A stretch of DNA of 42,077 nucleotides from Clostridia bacterium (lineage in GTDB: Bacteria > Bacillota > Clostridia > TANB77 > CAG-465), in the NCBI GenBank assembly GCA_036660635.1, contig JAVXAF010000003.1, positions 1-42,077 on the forward strand, in the 5' to 3' direction. Positions 10,270 to 19,409 of this stretch are shown piece after piece (the first letter of the stretch is position 1; each line of letters opens with the position of its first letter). The notes beneath the pieces are model-generated. The model was given only the letters and a program-made list of their open reading frames with translations, did no database searches and was not told where the DNA came from. The translations under genes and the position numbers were made by a program.

Positions 10270-13200
10270 CTATAATTCAATTTTATCATTCATTTCAAAT
10301 GAATATATATATGAATTGCTCACTTTAAAATCAGTTAACTTTTCGATAGCCTCTTTATATATATCAAGTTGTTTTTTATATTTTTTAATATAGTATGAAG
10401 TTTTATTAGTTTTATCAGTCTTAAAATCTACAAGAATAACCTTTCCATCTTTTGTAATATAATATAGATCTATAACCCCTTGAATAATACTATTTGAAAA
10501 CTTATCATCTTTTAATACAAATGCTTCCTCTTTATATATTTTTTTAGATTCTTTTAATTCCTTTCCTATGCTTGAATTTAAAAAATTAAATATTTTATCA
10601 ATATTTATATAACTTGCGTCTTGTTTAGTTATTACATTTTTTGCTACTAAATCATTTATATATTCTTTTAAAGAAAGTTTATCATAAGTTTTTAAAAAAT
10701 CTAAATGTTCTAAAATAAAATGAATTAGTGTACCTTTTCTAACTGACGTGTAACTAATTTTTTCATCATTTAATACGCTTGGGACCCTGATATTTGTATT
10801 TAAATTTATTTGTTCTTTGGTATCAAATATGTTTTTTAGCTCATCTTCATCATTTGCTTTTTTAAGTTCACTTACACTCACTCTTTGTGGTGTATATGAA
10901 TCCTCTTTGAATTTATATTCTAAATTCAAATTGTTTTCTAAGCATTGAAAAAGTTTATTACTTTTCAAATTTAGATTACAGTTTTGTAATAAGTTTTCTT
11001 TTCTTTGTTTAATACTAATGTTAGTCTTATTTTTTATCTCTTTAAGATCAATACTTTTTAAAAACTCTTCAGATTTAACATTAATAACATTTATATCAAA
11101 AATAGACTTATCATTTATATCCTCTAAATAAATTTTTAAAGCAAGTAAAATATTATCAAAATAACTACTATTTTGTAAAACAATTCTTGGTTCTATTTTG
11201 TTTTTACTATTTAAAAGTACAGTTAAATTTTCTTTTTTCTTGTAATAATCTTGCACACTTGCAAAAATTATCAATTTTTCTTTTGCCCTAGTAAGCGCAA
11301 CATACAACATCCTTAATTCTTCTGACTTAGTTTCCTCAGTTATTTTTTGTTTAATTGCTTGTTTTATAACACTAGGATATGTAACATTTAAATCTTTATT
11401 AACAACATTTATTCCAATACCAAGTTCGTGATGCATATTTACACTTGCACTTGTATCTTTTAAATTATATTTTTTAGCAGTATCTGCAACTATTACAATT
11501 GGAAATTCTAATCCCTTTGATTTATGTATTGTCATAACTCTTACAACATCTTCATTCTCACCAAGTATTTTGACAGAAGAAGTAGAACTATCTGTTTTAT
11601 CTTTTAAGCTATCTATATAGTTTATATATGAATTTAGAGTACATGATATGTTTTTTTCAAATTTTTTAGCCAAATCTATCAATAAATTCAAATTTGCTTT
11701 TCTTTGAGCTGACATATTATCAGTCAAAAATTGTGTATAAATATTAGTTTGTTTATATAGTCTTATTAAAAGTTCGCTTACACTATATATTTTTGAATAT
11801 TTAAAAAATACAGCTAAAATATCCAGAAAATTATTTATTTTTGTAAGTAGTTTTTCCTCAATATTATTTCTTTTTTCTTTAGCTAACAAATTTTCTTTAG
11901 TATCTATTATATTTTCATATAAATATTTTTTTGTATCATTAGACCTAATATATACAAGATCATCAAGTGAAAATCCTCCAACAATACTATACATTACACT
12001 AACTAAATATATGTCTTGTAACGGATTATCGAGTATTCTTAAAAAGCAAAGCACTAGTTTTATTTCTTCACCTTCAAATATATTACTATATGCATCACAA
12101 AACACAGGAATTTCTTCTGATTTTAAAGCTTTTTCAATTATATCCGATCTAGTTTTTATACTTCTTAAAAGTATGGCTATATCCTTGTATTTTAAGCTTA
12201 CAAATTCATTTGTTTTTGAATTATATATTTTAAAATTTTCTTTTAATTCTTTTATTTTTTTTGCAATTAAATATGCTTCAGTTTCAAATGCCTTAAGTTC
12301 TTTTAAATAATTTAATGTTTCATCTTCATCACATTCTTCTTCATCCTCATTTTGATCTTTTAGTAAAAATGTTTCATCTTCTTTTAAATTTACAATATTT
12401 ATTTCAGTTAAATAATTATTTGTATTTAGTTTTGGAATATCTTTAAGTCCTACTTTTAACATTTCATAATTTGAATAATCACAATCTCCAACTTCCATTG
12501 ACATTATTTTTTCAAAAATATAATTAATACTATCTAAAACTTCCGCTCTACTTCTAAAATTTTTAGATAAACTGATTTTAATGTTTTTATCATCTTTTTT
12601 TAAATCAATGTTATTAATACTTTGATAAGTTGCATACTTACTATTAAAAATTTCTGGCATAGCTTGTCTAAATCTATATATGCTTTGTTTTATATCACCC
12701 ACCATAAATCTATTTTTACCGCCAGAAATCGCTTCTAAAATAGCTTCTTGGATAAAGCTTGTGTCTTGATATTCATCAGTATATATTTCAGAAAATTTAT
12801 TTTTTAAGTTTTCTGCTATAGCTGTAGGGAGCATTTTACCTGTATTAGATTTTATAACTAAAAGTTCAAATGCCATATGTTCAATATCATTAAAGTCTAA
12901 AAGATTAGCATCTTTTTTTAATTTCATATATTCTTCATTAAATCTAATAACAATGTTATATATATAATTTACATATTGATATGCAACCCTATTATCTTCT
13001 AATATTTTTTCAGACATTGAGTAAATACTTTTTTTCAAATTCTCTATAGTATTTTTTATTATTTTAGTTCTAAATGAATTGATTTTTTCTTTTATTTCAA
13101 TATTTTGCCCTTTATATGGTGCCATTCTTGAAAAAGATATTTCATTTAATAATGAGTATAATCTATCCCAAGAATTTTCATTTTTATCTATGCAGTTATT

Positions 13201-13998
13201 TATGTAATTTACATCTTGCAAAATAACATTTATTTGCTTTGAAAATTCCTCTGTTTTTTCTATAGTATTTAATAGTTCTTCTGTTTTTTTACTTACTATT
13301 TTAAGTTCATCAATAGCATTTTCAAAAATTTGTTTTCCAAAATTTGTATTTGTTAAATCAGTATTTAATTTTATATTATATTTTTCAATATTTTCACTAA
13401 GCCATAAATATGGATATGCAAAAGATTGTATATATGAATAAATATTAAAAATATACGCTATAAAATCATCATCTTTTCCAGAAAATAATTCTAATACATT
13501 ATATAAGTCAGAAGTAATCTCCAAATTATTTTTATTTTTTTCATCTTTAACAATAGTATATTGTGAATCTAATATTTTACTAATTGCTTTATTTTTTAAA
13601 ATATCACTTTGTGATTGATCACATATTGAAAACGCTGGATCAATATCTAATATATTAAAATTAGAACGTATTAATTCTAAGCAAAAAGCATGAATAGTTG
13701 TAATATTTGCTCTGTTTAAAAGAAGTACTTGACGTCTTAAAAAAAAGTCCTTTGGGTTTTCATCTAACTTTTTATATATTGCTAGAAGCAATCTTTCCTT
13801 AAGTTCTGCTGCTGCTGCATTTGTGAAAGTAACAACTAAAATTTTGTCTATATCAATTTTTTCGTTTATAACTTTATGAATTACTCTTTCGACTAATACT
13901 GCAGTTTTTCCACTTCCTGCTGAAGCAGATACCAAAATATTTTTCCCATACACATTTATTGCATTATTTTGCTCATTTGTCCATTTTTTATCTGCCAT
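10270..13998 (-). CDS. addA: ATP-dependent helicase/nuclease subunit A (AddA/RexA)
   Basis: 1242 aa. UvrD-type motifs 'VSASAGSGKTAVLVERV', 'TDEYQDTS' and 'MTIHKSKGLEFPIV', plus a C-terminal RecB-type nuclease block 'GVIDLYYITKDGKVILVDFKTDK...YKKQLDIY'. Confidence 0.85.
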   Translation of the reverse strand: MADKKWTNEQNNAINVYGKNILVSASAGSGKTAVLVERVIHKVINEKIDIDKILVVTFTNAAAAELKERLLLAIYKKLDENPKDFFLRRQVLLLNRANITTIHAFCLELIRSNFNILDIDPAFSICDQSQSDILKNKAISKILDSQYTIVKDEKNKNNLEITSDLYNVLELFSGKDDDFIAYIFNIYSYIQSFAYPYLWLSENIEKYNIKLNTDLTNTNFGKQIFENAIDELKIVSKKTEELLNTIEKTEEFSKQINVILQDVNYINNCIDKNENSWDRLYSLLNEISFSRMAPYKGQNIEIKEKINSFRTKIIKNTIENLKKSIYSMSEKILEDNRVAYQYVNYIYNIVIRFNEEYMKLKKDANLLDFNDIEHMAFELLVIKSNTGKMLPTAIAENLKNKFSEIYTDEYQDTSFIQEAILEAISGGKNRFMVGDIKQSIYRFRQAMPEIFNSKYATYQSINNIDLKKDDKNIKISLSKNFRSRAEVLDSINYIFEKIMSMEVGDCDYSNYEMLKVGLKDIPKLNTNNYLTEINIVNLKEDETFLLKDQNEDEEECDEDETLNYLKELKAFETEAYLIAKKIKELKENFKIYNSKTNEFVSLKYKDIAILLRSIKTRSDIIEKALKSEEIPVFCDAYSNIFEGEEIKLVLCFLRILDNPLQDIYLVSVMYSIVGGFSLDDLVYIRSNDTKKYLYENIIDTKENLLAKEKRNNIEEKLLTKINNFLDILAVFFKYSKIYSVSELLIRLYKQTNIYTQFLTDNMSAQRKANLNLLIDLAKKFEKNISCTLNSYINYIDSLKDKTDSSTSSVKILGENEDVVRVMTIHKSKGLEFPIVIVADTAKKYNLKDTSASVNMHHELGIGINVVNKDLNVTYPSVIKQAIKQKITEETKSEELRMLYVALTRAKEKLIIFASVQDYYKKKENLTVLLNSKNKIEPRIVLQNSSYFDNILLALKIYLEDINDKSIFDINVINVKSEEFLKSIDLKEIKNKTNISIKQRKENLLQNCNLNLKSNKLFQCLENNLNLEYKFKEDSYTPQRVSVSELKKANDEDELKNIFDTKEQINLNTNIRVPSVLNDEKISYTSVRKGTLIHFILEHLDFLKTYDKLSLKEYINDLVAKNVITKQDASYINIDKIFNFLNSSIGKELKESKKIYKEEAFVLKDDKFSNSIIQGVIDLYYITKDGKVILVDFKTDKTNKTSYYIKKYKKQLDIYKEAIEKLTDFKVSNSYIYSFEMNDKIEL

Positions 13999-14065
13999 AT
14001 TTATATTTATACAAAAAAATTGTATATCCCCTTTCTTTTTAATATTTTCATATTTTTCATATTTT

Positions 14066-15289
14066 TTATTTCATTTTATGTGCATTATCTAAAATCATAT
14101 TTTTAAGTAAAACATTTCCAGCATTATCTATTATTGCAACCTTTACTTTGGTTACCTCTTTGGGTAATTTTATTGTGACCATGTTATTTTTATCTAAATC
14201 TGCTTTTTTAGCTTTTGTTAACATATATTCTTCATTAAAATCGATAATATTCGAAAAATATGGTACTTCTATACCATTTAAATCTAATTTTGTTAAATAT
14301 TCATATCTTACATTTTTAATTTTACTACCTATAGTCTCATTTGCTAAAAAGGTTAGTGATTTTATATTTTGATATTGAATATATGAATAATCATCACCTA
14401 AATTTGATGATATAACATTATCATAGTTTTCTAAATTAATTCTATATGATCCAACATTTTTTCCAGCATTTTCTTTTATTATATCAATATATTTATTAGT
14501 TGTTATATTATTAAAATTTGTAATAGTACTACTAGGTATAGATGTAGTTAATAATGCTTTTTTATTTATATCTTCTAAACTATTAAAAAAGATATTAACT
14601 TCTATTCCAGATGTCACAAACTCATATTTTTCCGGATAGCTGCTAATTGTTAAATATAGCTTATCATTGGGTTGTAATCTTGAAGATATATTTATATTCA
14701 TTAAATTAGTCCATCTAGCATTATTTTTAGTGATATTAATTTTGCTATTGGTATTATTATCAATTGATATATTAGAGCTATCTAATGTTTCACCTTTTTT
14801 ATCGGTAAATTTTGCTATTTTAGAAGTAATTGAAAAATACATCATCGATTTAACTTTTATTCCTTTTAAATAATAAATATTAAACGAAGGGTATGAAACT
14901 ATATATATATCATCTGCAGATTTTTGTTCACTTACTTTATTTGGATTATTAATCTCTATTTTATTTAAATCTATTTCATAAAATGAAGATGCACTATCAG
15001 CTTTTAAATTTACCTCTTTTTCAAATTCAGTAACATTTGAACTAAGCAATATTTTTTTAACATCTTCAATAGTTAATGGATTTGTTCCATTAACAAAAGG
15101 AATAACACCATTTAATATATAATAACTTTTTACTGCATCTTCTAATTTTGTAATATCACTTGAAAAATTTACAAGTTTTGTGTTATTAGAACTATCATTT
15201 ATTTCTAATAATACAGCTGATGCTAAAATTATCATTACTATTATAGTAATAATTAATACAATAAGAGAAATACCTTTTTTATATATCAT
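14066..15289 (-). CDS. pilin-like (prepilin-type N-terminus, no Glu+5) surface protein, core-only paralog
   Basis: The N-terminus 'MIYKKG|ISLIVLIITIIVMIIL' resembles a class III signal. It shares the blocks 'DDIYIVSYPSFNIYYLKGIKV..YFSITSK', 'WTN', 'ENYDNV', 'IKNVRYEYL', 'MLTKAKKA' and 'IDNAGNV' with the ORFs at 15321-18065 and 24149-26371. Confidence 0.6.
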   Translation of the reverse strand: MIYKKGISLIVLIITIIVMIILASAVLLEINDSSNNTKLVNFSSDITKLEDAVKSYYILNGVIPFVNGTNPLTIEDVKKILLSSNVTEFEKEVNLKADSASSFYEIDLNKIEINNPNKVSEQKSADDIYIVSYPSFNIYYLKGIKVKSMMYFSITSKIAKFTDKKGETLDSSNISIDNNTNSKINITKNNARWTNLMNINISSRLQPNDKLYLTISSYPEKYEFVTSGIEVNIFFNSLEDINKKALLTTSIPSSTITNFNNITTNKYIDIIKENAGKNVGSYRINLENYDNVISSNLGDDYSYIQYQNIKSLTFLANETIGSKIKNVRYEYLTKLDLNGIEVPYFSNIIDFNEEYMLTKAKKADLDKNNMVTIKLPKEVTKVKVAIIDNAGNVLLKNMILDNAHKMK

Positions 15290-15320
15290 TTATTTAATTA
15301 CCCTTCTTTCTATAATTACA

Positions 15321-18065
15321 TTATTTTATTGGGCAAAGAACTACTCTATATCCAACATTATTGTCATTTGTTGTAGGAAGTGCCACAGATGAAAAACTTC
15401 CTGCTTGAGATGGTGTGGATTGTAAAACAAAGGGTGGATTTGTGGAATTAAATACTATATATCCTCCTCTTACAAAAAAGTTAAAATTATATTCACTATT
15501 TACTCCTCCACAAAGATCTTCGTTCCAACTCAAAAGATTATTATTACTTGACTGCACCTCATATGTGGCATCTCCAATTTTTGAATTGTTTATAGTAAAT
15601 ATTGGTGAGTCTATATCTTGGGGATATAAAGTAATATATTTGTTACTTTCTCTAAATATAGTATTTCTATCTGTAGCCGAAGCCATTGCTTCTCCTATTT
15701 TACTACTCATATCATATATTCCATATGGTGAGCCTGTTGACGAAAGAGCAGTATTTTTAGTATAAACTTCACTTTCTATATTACTTCCTCCGGAATATCT
15801 TGTATTATTTATATCTGTAGTTTGTGTACCTCTTCCATACTCGCTACCATATTCACTTCTAGAAAGATACGCAACAGCTCCCCACTCACTATTTTTCATT
15901 AAATGGCTGTCATAATCACTTAAGGAATTAAACAACGAATATTTTAATGCATTATTATATGAATTTTGTAATTCTATATTAGTCCAACATTCTAATGTAG
16001 GTTTGGAAACAGCTTTTAAAGTATTAGAAATATTAACATTCCCTGGTAAATTATTTGCAGCATTTAATTCTCCACTCATTTTATATTTTGATACCCAAAA
16101 TCCATCTAGTTCACTATCCCATCCACCATTTTTAAAAGAATTTATTGAATCATCTGTAAAGGCTGGATGAATAATATAATCACTTATAGTAGGTAAAGTT
16201 TGACTAGTTGGTATAAAGTTAATTTGTATTGTGCCATATGAAGATGATGAAATCATCTTCGGTGCTTGTATTATTTTATATTCAAACCTTGGTATCCATA
16301 CCCAATACGATCCATCTGGAGTTCTTGCATTTGCCCACATTTTACTTCCTTGCACTAAAGAATAATTATACCAATCTCCACTTCCTATCCTATTTTGTGG
16401 TACCTCATCCCATTTATTCGTAGATATATTATATTCTACTGGTATCATTCCATCCATTAATACAGGCTTATTTATGCCTTTATTATTATCCCAATCATCT
16501 GAAATATTGTTGATTCCATCAGTATCAATATCAAATTCAAATATTCTTGTGAAAATTTTTTTATCAGCTACATTTGTAGGATTATCTTTTGCTACAATTT
16601 TTATATAAAGTTTATCTGTTATATTTTTAATATCTAACTTTTCAAGATTTTGGATCAAAAATGTTTTCTCACTAATTGGCACATTTTTAATATCTGAATA
16701 TATATTAGTATATATATTATTATCTAAGCTTACACTTACACTTACATCTGATAAACCACTTTTTAAGCCAAATACTAGCGAATATCTAAGAATTTCTCCC
16801 TTAAAATATTTAACATTTAAACCAATATACATATTATCAGATGTATTTCTAATCATATTTATTTTATTTCCAGATTTATCAAATATATTTATTTGTATTC
16901 CTTCTATTTCTTTTGGTATTTCTATTTCAACATATCCAGAAGAAGATATTTTTGCTTTTTTTGCTCTAGATTTCATATATATTTCATCATACTCTGTTAT
17001 ACCAGAATAAAAGCAAGCAATTTCTCCTTTTTTATTATACTTTTTCAAGTACTCGTACCTTACCTCTTTAATTCCACTACTCTCATCACTTATTTTAAAA
17101 GATATAACATTTTTCATATCTGATATTTTAATAATTGTATCTTGATTGATAACTGGTGAAACATTATCATAATTTGAATATTTTACTTCAACTCTTCCTA
17201 CTTCTTCTCCACTTTTTTCTTTAGTAATTTCAATTTTTTTATCATTTAAGCTTGCAGATTCAAAATTTAGTTTATCAGATGCTAAAATACTAGTAGAGAT
17301 ACCTTTTGTAACTAGTTCATCAAATGTGTTAAAGGAAATTTTATTAGTTGACTTTTTTGTAGTATTTAGCTTTATTTTATTTCCACCTTGTATATATAAA
17401 TATAGTTCCTCTCCATCTTCTATATATGAATCAATAGTTAGATCTAAAGAATTTGTCCACTTTTTATTTAACTTTCTAACTGTTATGCCATTTACAGTTT
17501 GCACAGTAGTGCTACTATCTGATAAAGTATTCGTTTGATTTAACTTAGTTATATCTGAAATCTTCGAAGTAAAAGAAAAATATTTATTTTTATTTACTTT
17601 TATACCTTTTAGATAGTATACATTCATTGATGGATATGCAACCACATACACATCATTATTTTCACCTGATTTTTTATATCCTTTTTTAGAATTTGTAATA
17701 TCTATTTTTGACAAATCTATAAAATAAAATGCTCCTAACATTTCATTTGTATTTTTATCCAAATTTAGTTCAAGCTCTTGAGTAAATATATTCTTATCAG
17801 ATAATGGTATTAAATCCATTAAAGCTTTTTGTGAGATAGGCATTTCACTATCCAAATATGGTATTTCATCATTTTGTATATAATATGAAGATACTTGATC
17901 TTCAATAGTAGATATTTCTTCAGCAAAACTTACAAGTGCTGCATTATTTTTTGACGTATTTACACTAATTATAATAGCTGTTGTAAGTATTATAGTTATT
18001 ACTATTGTTATAACAAGTAAAATTAAAGATATGCCTAATTTTTTATCGCCTATTTTTATATTCAT
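15321..18065 (-). CDS. pilin-like modular surface protein, core plus large C-terminal FGE-sulfatase/C-type-lectin-like head
   Basis: I prefer the start ATG at 18065 (MNIKIGDKKLG|ISLILLVITIV...), which has AAAGGTGG 6 nt upstream. The track start is 18083. Core blocks are 'NDVYVVAYPSMNVYYLKGIKV..YFSFTSK', 'SNYDNVSPVI', 'SGIKEVRYEYL', 'MKSRAKKAK' and 'FDKSGN'. C-terminal region blocks are 'WVWIPRFEYKI', 'HPAF', 'DGFWVSKYKMS', 'HLMKNSEWGAVAYLSRSEYG', 'FFVRGG' and 'VGYRVVL'. Confidence 0.6.
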   Translation of the reverse strand: MNIKIGDKKLGISLILLVITIVITIILTTAIIISVNTSKNNAALVSFAEEISTIEDQVSSYYIQNDEIPYLDSEMPISQKALMDLIPLSDKNIFTQELELNLDKNTNEMLGAFYFIDLSKIDITNSKKGYKKSGENNDVYVVAYPSMNVYYLKGIKVNKNKYFSFTSKISDITKLNQTNTLSDSSTTVQTVNGITVRKLNKKWTNSLDLTIDSYIEDGEELYLYIQGGNKIKLNTTKKSTNKISFNTFDELVTKGISTSILASDKLNFESASLNDKKIEITKEKSGEEVGRVEVKYSNYDNVSPVINQDTIIKISDMKNVISFKISDESSGIKEVRYEYLKKYNKKGEIACFYSGITEYDEIYMKSRAKKAKISSSGYVEIEIPKEIEGIQINIFDKSGNKINMIRNTSDNMYIGLNVKYFKGEILRYSLVFGLKSGLSDVSVSVSLDNNIYTNIYSDIKNVPISEKTFLIQNLEKLDIKNITDKLYIKIVAKDNPTNVADKKIFTRIFEFDIDTDGINNISDDWDNNKGINKPVLMDGMIPVEYNISTNKWDEVPQNRIGSGDWYNYSLVQGSKMWANARTPDGSYWVWIPRFEYKIIQAPKMISSSSYGTIQINFIPTSQTLPTISDYIIHPAFTDDSINSFKNGGWDSELDGFWVSKYKMSGELNAANNLPGNVNISNTLKAVSKPTLECWTNIELQNSYNNALKYSLFNSLSDYDSHLMKNSEWGAVAYLSRSEYGSEYGRGTQTTDINNTRYSGGSNIESEVYTKNTALSSTGSPYGIYDMSSKIGEAMASATDRNTIFRESNKYITLYPQDIDSPIFTINNSKIGDATYEVQSSNNNLLSWNEDLCGGVNSEYNFNFFVRGGYIVFNSTNPPFVLQSTPSQAGSFSSVALPTTNDNNVGYRVVLCPIK

Positions 18066-18088
18066 ATTATACCACCTTTTCATTATAT

Positions 18089-18124
18089 ATTTTATCCATT
18101 ATTTAAGCATTTTTCAAGTCTTTT
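18089..18124 (-). promoter_or_regulatory. promoter of the tandem pilin-like operon (shared motif AAAAGACTTGAAAAAT)
   Basis: Minus strand reads aaaagacTTGAAAaatgcttaaataatggaTAAAAT, with a 17-nt spacer. The same 16-mer around the -35 box recurs at 26424-26439. Confidence 0.5.
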
Positions 18125-18154
18125 TTGCATTTTAATTTATTTTTAGCTTTTGAA

Positions 18155-18183
18155 TTGCAAAATACACTAATTTTTGATATAAT
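18155..18183 (+). promoter_or_regulatory. sigma-A-type promoter for tsaE-tsaB-rimI
   Basis: TTGCAA, a 17-nt spacer, then TATAAT preceded by TGA (extended -10). It lies about 20 nt upstream of the tsaE ATG. Confidence 0.5.
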
Positions 18184-18204
18184 TGTAATGGTGATAACAA
18201 AATT

Positions 18205-18678
18205 ATGTACGTTAAAAATATAAAAGATATAGATATATCTACAAACTCTTTTGAATATATTTATATTTCTAAATCTGATATGCAAACAAAAGCTCTCGCT
18301 TTATATATTGCATCTATGTTAAAAAAAACCGATGTGGTTGTACTAAATGGTGAACTTGGAGCTGGAAAAACAACATTTATGCAAGGAATTGCAAAATACT
18401 TTGATATTGAAAATCAAATATCTAGTCCTACTTTTACTATTGTTAATGAATATACTACAAAAGATAAAAACAATATATACCACTTTGATGTATATAGAAT
18501 AGAAAATAGTCAAGACTTTGAAGAAACAATAGGGACAGAATATTTTGAAAATGGTATTTCAATAATCGAATGGGGAAATATTATATCTGATATATTACCT
18601 AAAAAAACTATATATATAGATATTTCAAAAAAAGAAGATACCAACTCAAGATCTTTACATATATGGAGGAAGATTTAA
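18205..18678 (+). CDS. tsaE: tRNA t6A37 biosynthesis ATPase TsaE
   Basis: 'VVVLNGELGAGKTTFMQGIAKYF', 'SPTFTIVNEY' and 'HFDVYR' are hallmark YjeE/TsaE blocks. Confidence 0.85.
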   Translation: MYVKNIKDIDISTNSFEYIYISKSDMQTKALALYIASMLKKTDVVVLNGELGAGKTTFMQGIAKYFDIENQISSPTFTIVNEYTTKDKNNIYHFDVYRIENSQDFEETIGTEYFENGISIIEWGNIISDILPKKTIYIDISKKEDTNSRSLHIWRKI

Positions 18679-19409
18679 TGAATATATTAGCAATTGATAC
18701 CACAACAAAAAAAGCAGCAATAGCTATACAAAAAAAAAATAAAATATATGAGGATAGCTTAACAAATGAAATAACCCACTCAGAAAAACTTTTACCTCTT
18801 ATTGCAAATTCTTTAGATACTACTAATCTAAATCTACATGATTTAGATTTATTAGGTTTAATAAACGGTCCTGGATCATTTACAGGTATTAGAATTGGTA
18901 TTGCTACTTTAAAAGCTTTTGCACAAGTAAATAATCTGAATATATTTTCAATATCTAGCACAATGTTAATAGCATATAAAGCATATATTCAAAGAAAAAA
19001 TAGCCAGTATTTCGTATCATTAATTGATGCAAAAAATAATCGAGTATATTTTTCCATAAATAAAATTTTAGATAAAAGTGAAAAAATAGTGATTTCTAAT
19101 ATTTATGAAACCGATAATCTATTAATTGATGATGCCATGGTAAAAATAAAAGAAATATGTAAAGATAAAAGCATTGATTTAAAAAGCCTAGTCTTTGCAG
19201 GAAATGCAATTAATAATTTTAAATTGAATTTGATTTCTCATAATTTTTTAGCTACAAATTTATTGGATATATACCCTACTCCAATTGATTTAATAAATTT
19301 ATATAATAATATATCTGATCCAAATAAATATTTGTTTAATGCATTTTCACTAGATGCAAATTACGCTAGAAAATCTCAAGCAGAAAGGATGAGAGAATAT
19401 GAAAAATAA
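18678..19409 (+). CDS. tsaB: tRNA t6A37 biosynthesis protein TsaB
   Basis: 'MNILAIDTTT' and 'GPGSFTGIRIGIATLKAFA' match the YeaZ family. The ATG at 18678 overlaps the tsaE stop (TAATG) and has GGAGGAAG upstream. The track start is 18663. Confidence 0.85.
   Translation: MNILAIDTTTKKAAIAIQKKNKIYEDSLTNEITHSEKLLPLIANSLDTTNLNLHDLDLLGLINGPGSFTGIRIGIATLKAFAQVNNLNIFSISSTMLIAYKAYIQRKNSQYFVSLIDAKNNRVYFSINKILDKSEKIVISNIYETDNLLIDDAMVKIKEICKDKSIDLKSLVFAGNAINNFKLNLISHNFLATNLLDIYPTPIDLINLYNNISDPNKYLFNAFSLDANYARKSQAERMREYEK

Noticed and set aside
14000-14065. AT-only hairpin (tatacaa-ttttt-ttgtata) between the core-only pilin-like gene and addA as a terminator or attenuator.
   Set aside because: The stem is 7 bp of pure A/T with no proper T-tract. 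It is too weak to call, so read-through into addA cannot be excluded or confirmed.
18608-18961. 117-aa minus-strand ORF overlapping tsaE/tsaB, and the 60-aa ORF at 18103-18285.
   Set aside because: The first is antisense to well-supported tsaE/tsaB. The second spans the divergent promoter region and the tsaE 5' end, with no SD. Both are judged spurious.
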